In this document: positions 63,920 to 64,000 of the stretch, in pieces
Layout of the letters: each line of letters opens with the position of its first letter
Position numbering within the stretch: the first letter of the stretch is position 1
Assembly (NCBI RefSeq): GCF_964213995.1
Contig: NC_135801.1
Span: 71,982,001-72,046,000, forward strand
DNA length: 64,000 nt
Direction: 5' to 3'
From: Mustelus asterias
Taxonomy: Eukaryota
Notes under the pieces: generated by a model
Seen by the model: the letters and a program-made list of their open reading frames with translations, nothing else
Database searches by the model: none
Told to the model about the DNA's origin: nothing
Program-made: the position numbers and the translations under genes

Positions 63920-64000
63920 GATGGTTAGCACTGCTGCCTCATAGCACCAGGGACCTGGGTTCAATTCCCGGCTTGAGTCACTGTCTGTGTGGAGTCTGCA
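63920..64000 (+). mobile_element. V-SINE 5' part (runs off the window)
   Basis: TGGTTAGCACTGCTGCCTCATAGCACCAGGGACCTGGGTTCAATTCC. Confidence 0.85.

Overview
Eukaryotic, repeat-dense, apparently non-coding (intronic or intergenic) DNA from an elasmobranch (shark), judged by abundant HE1-type V-SINEs, CR1/HER1-like LINEs and Deu-domain SINEs. I recognise no host protein-coding gene, and most short ORFs in the track are spurious or antisense to repeats. Contents: two near full-length decayed CR1 LINEs with esterase ORF1 and APE-RT ORF2 (2555-6445 +, 28218-32830 -) plus several truncated CR1s; two Penelope-like (GIY-YIG) families; about 19 V-SINE copies with two different tails; three other SINE families; PIF/Harbinger-type MITEs with 3-bp TSDs and a fossil Harbinger transposase; and probable solo LTRs. 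Most notable: (1) a TSD-flanked ~310-bp retroposon with two U2 snRNA-derived heads (55200-55508), a candidate snRNA-headed SINE; (2) minimal type I hammerhead ribozyme motifs in Penelope pLTRs; (3) tiny TSD-flanked, ORF-less inverted or tandem pLTR/hammerhead insertions. Repeat family names come from recalled consensus features, not database searches, and boundaries without TSDs are approximate.
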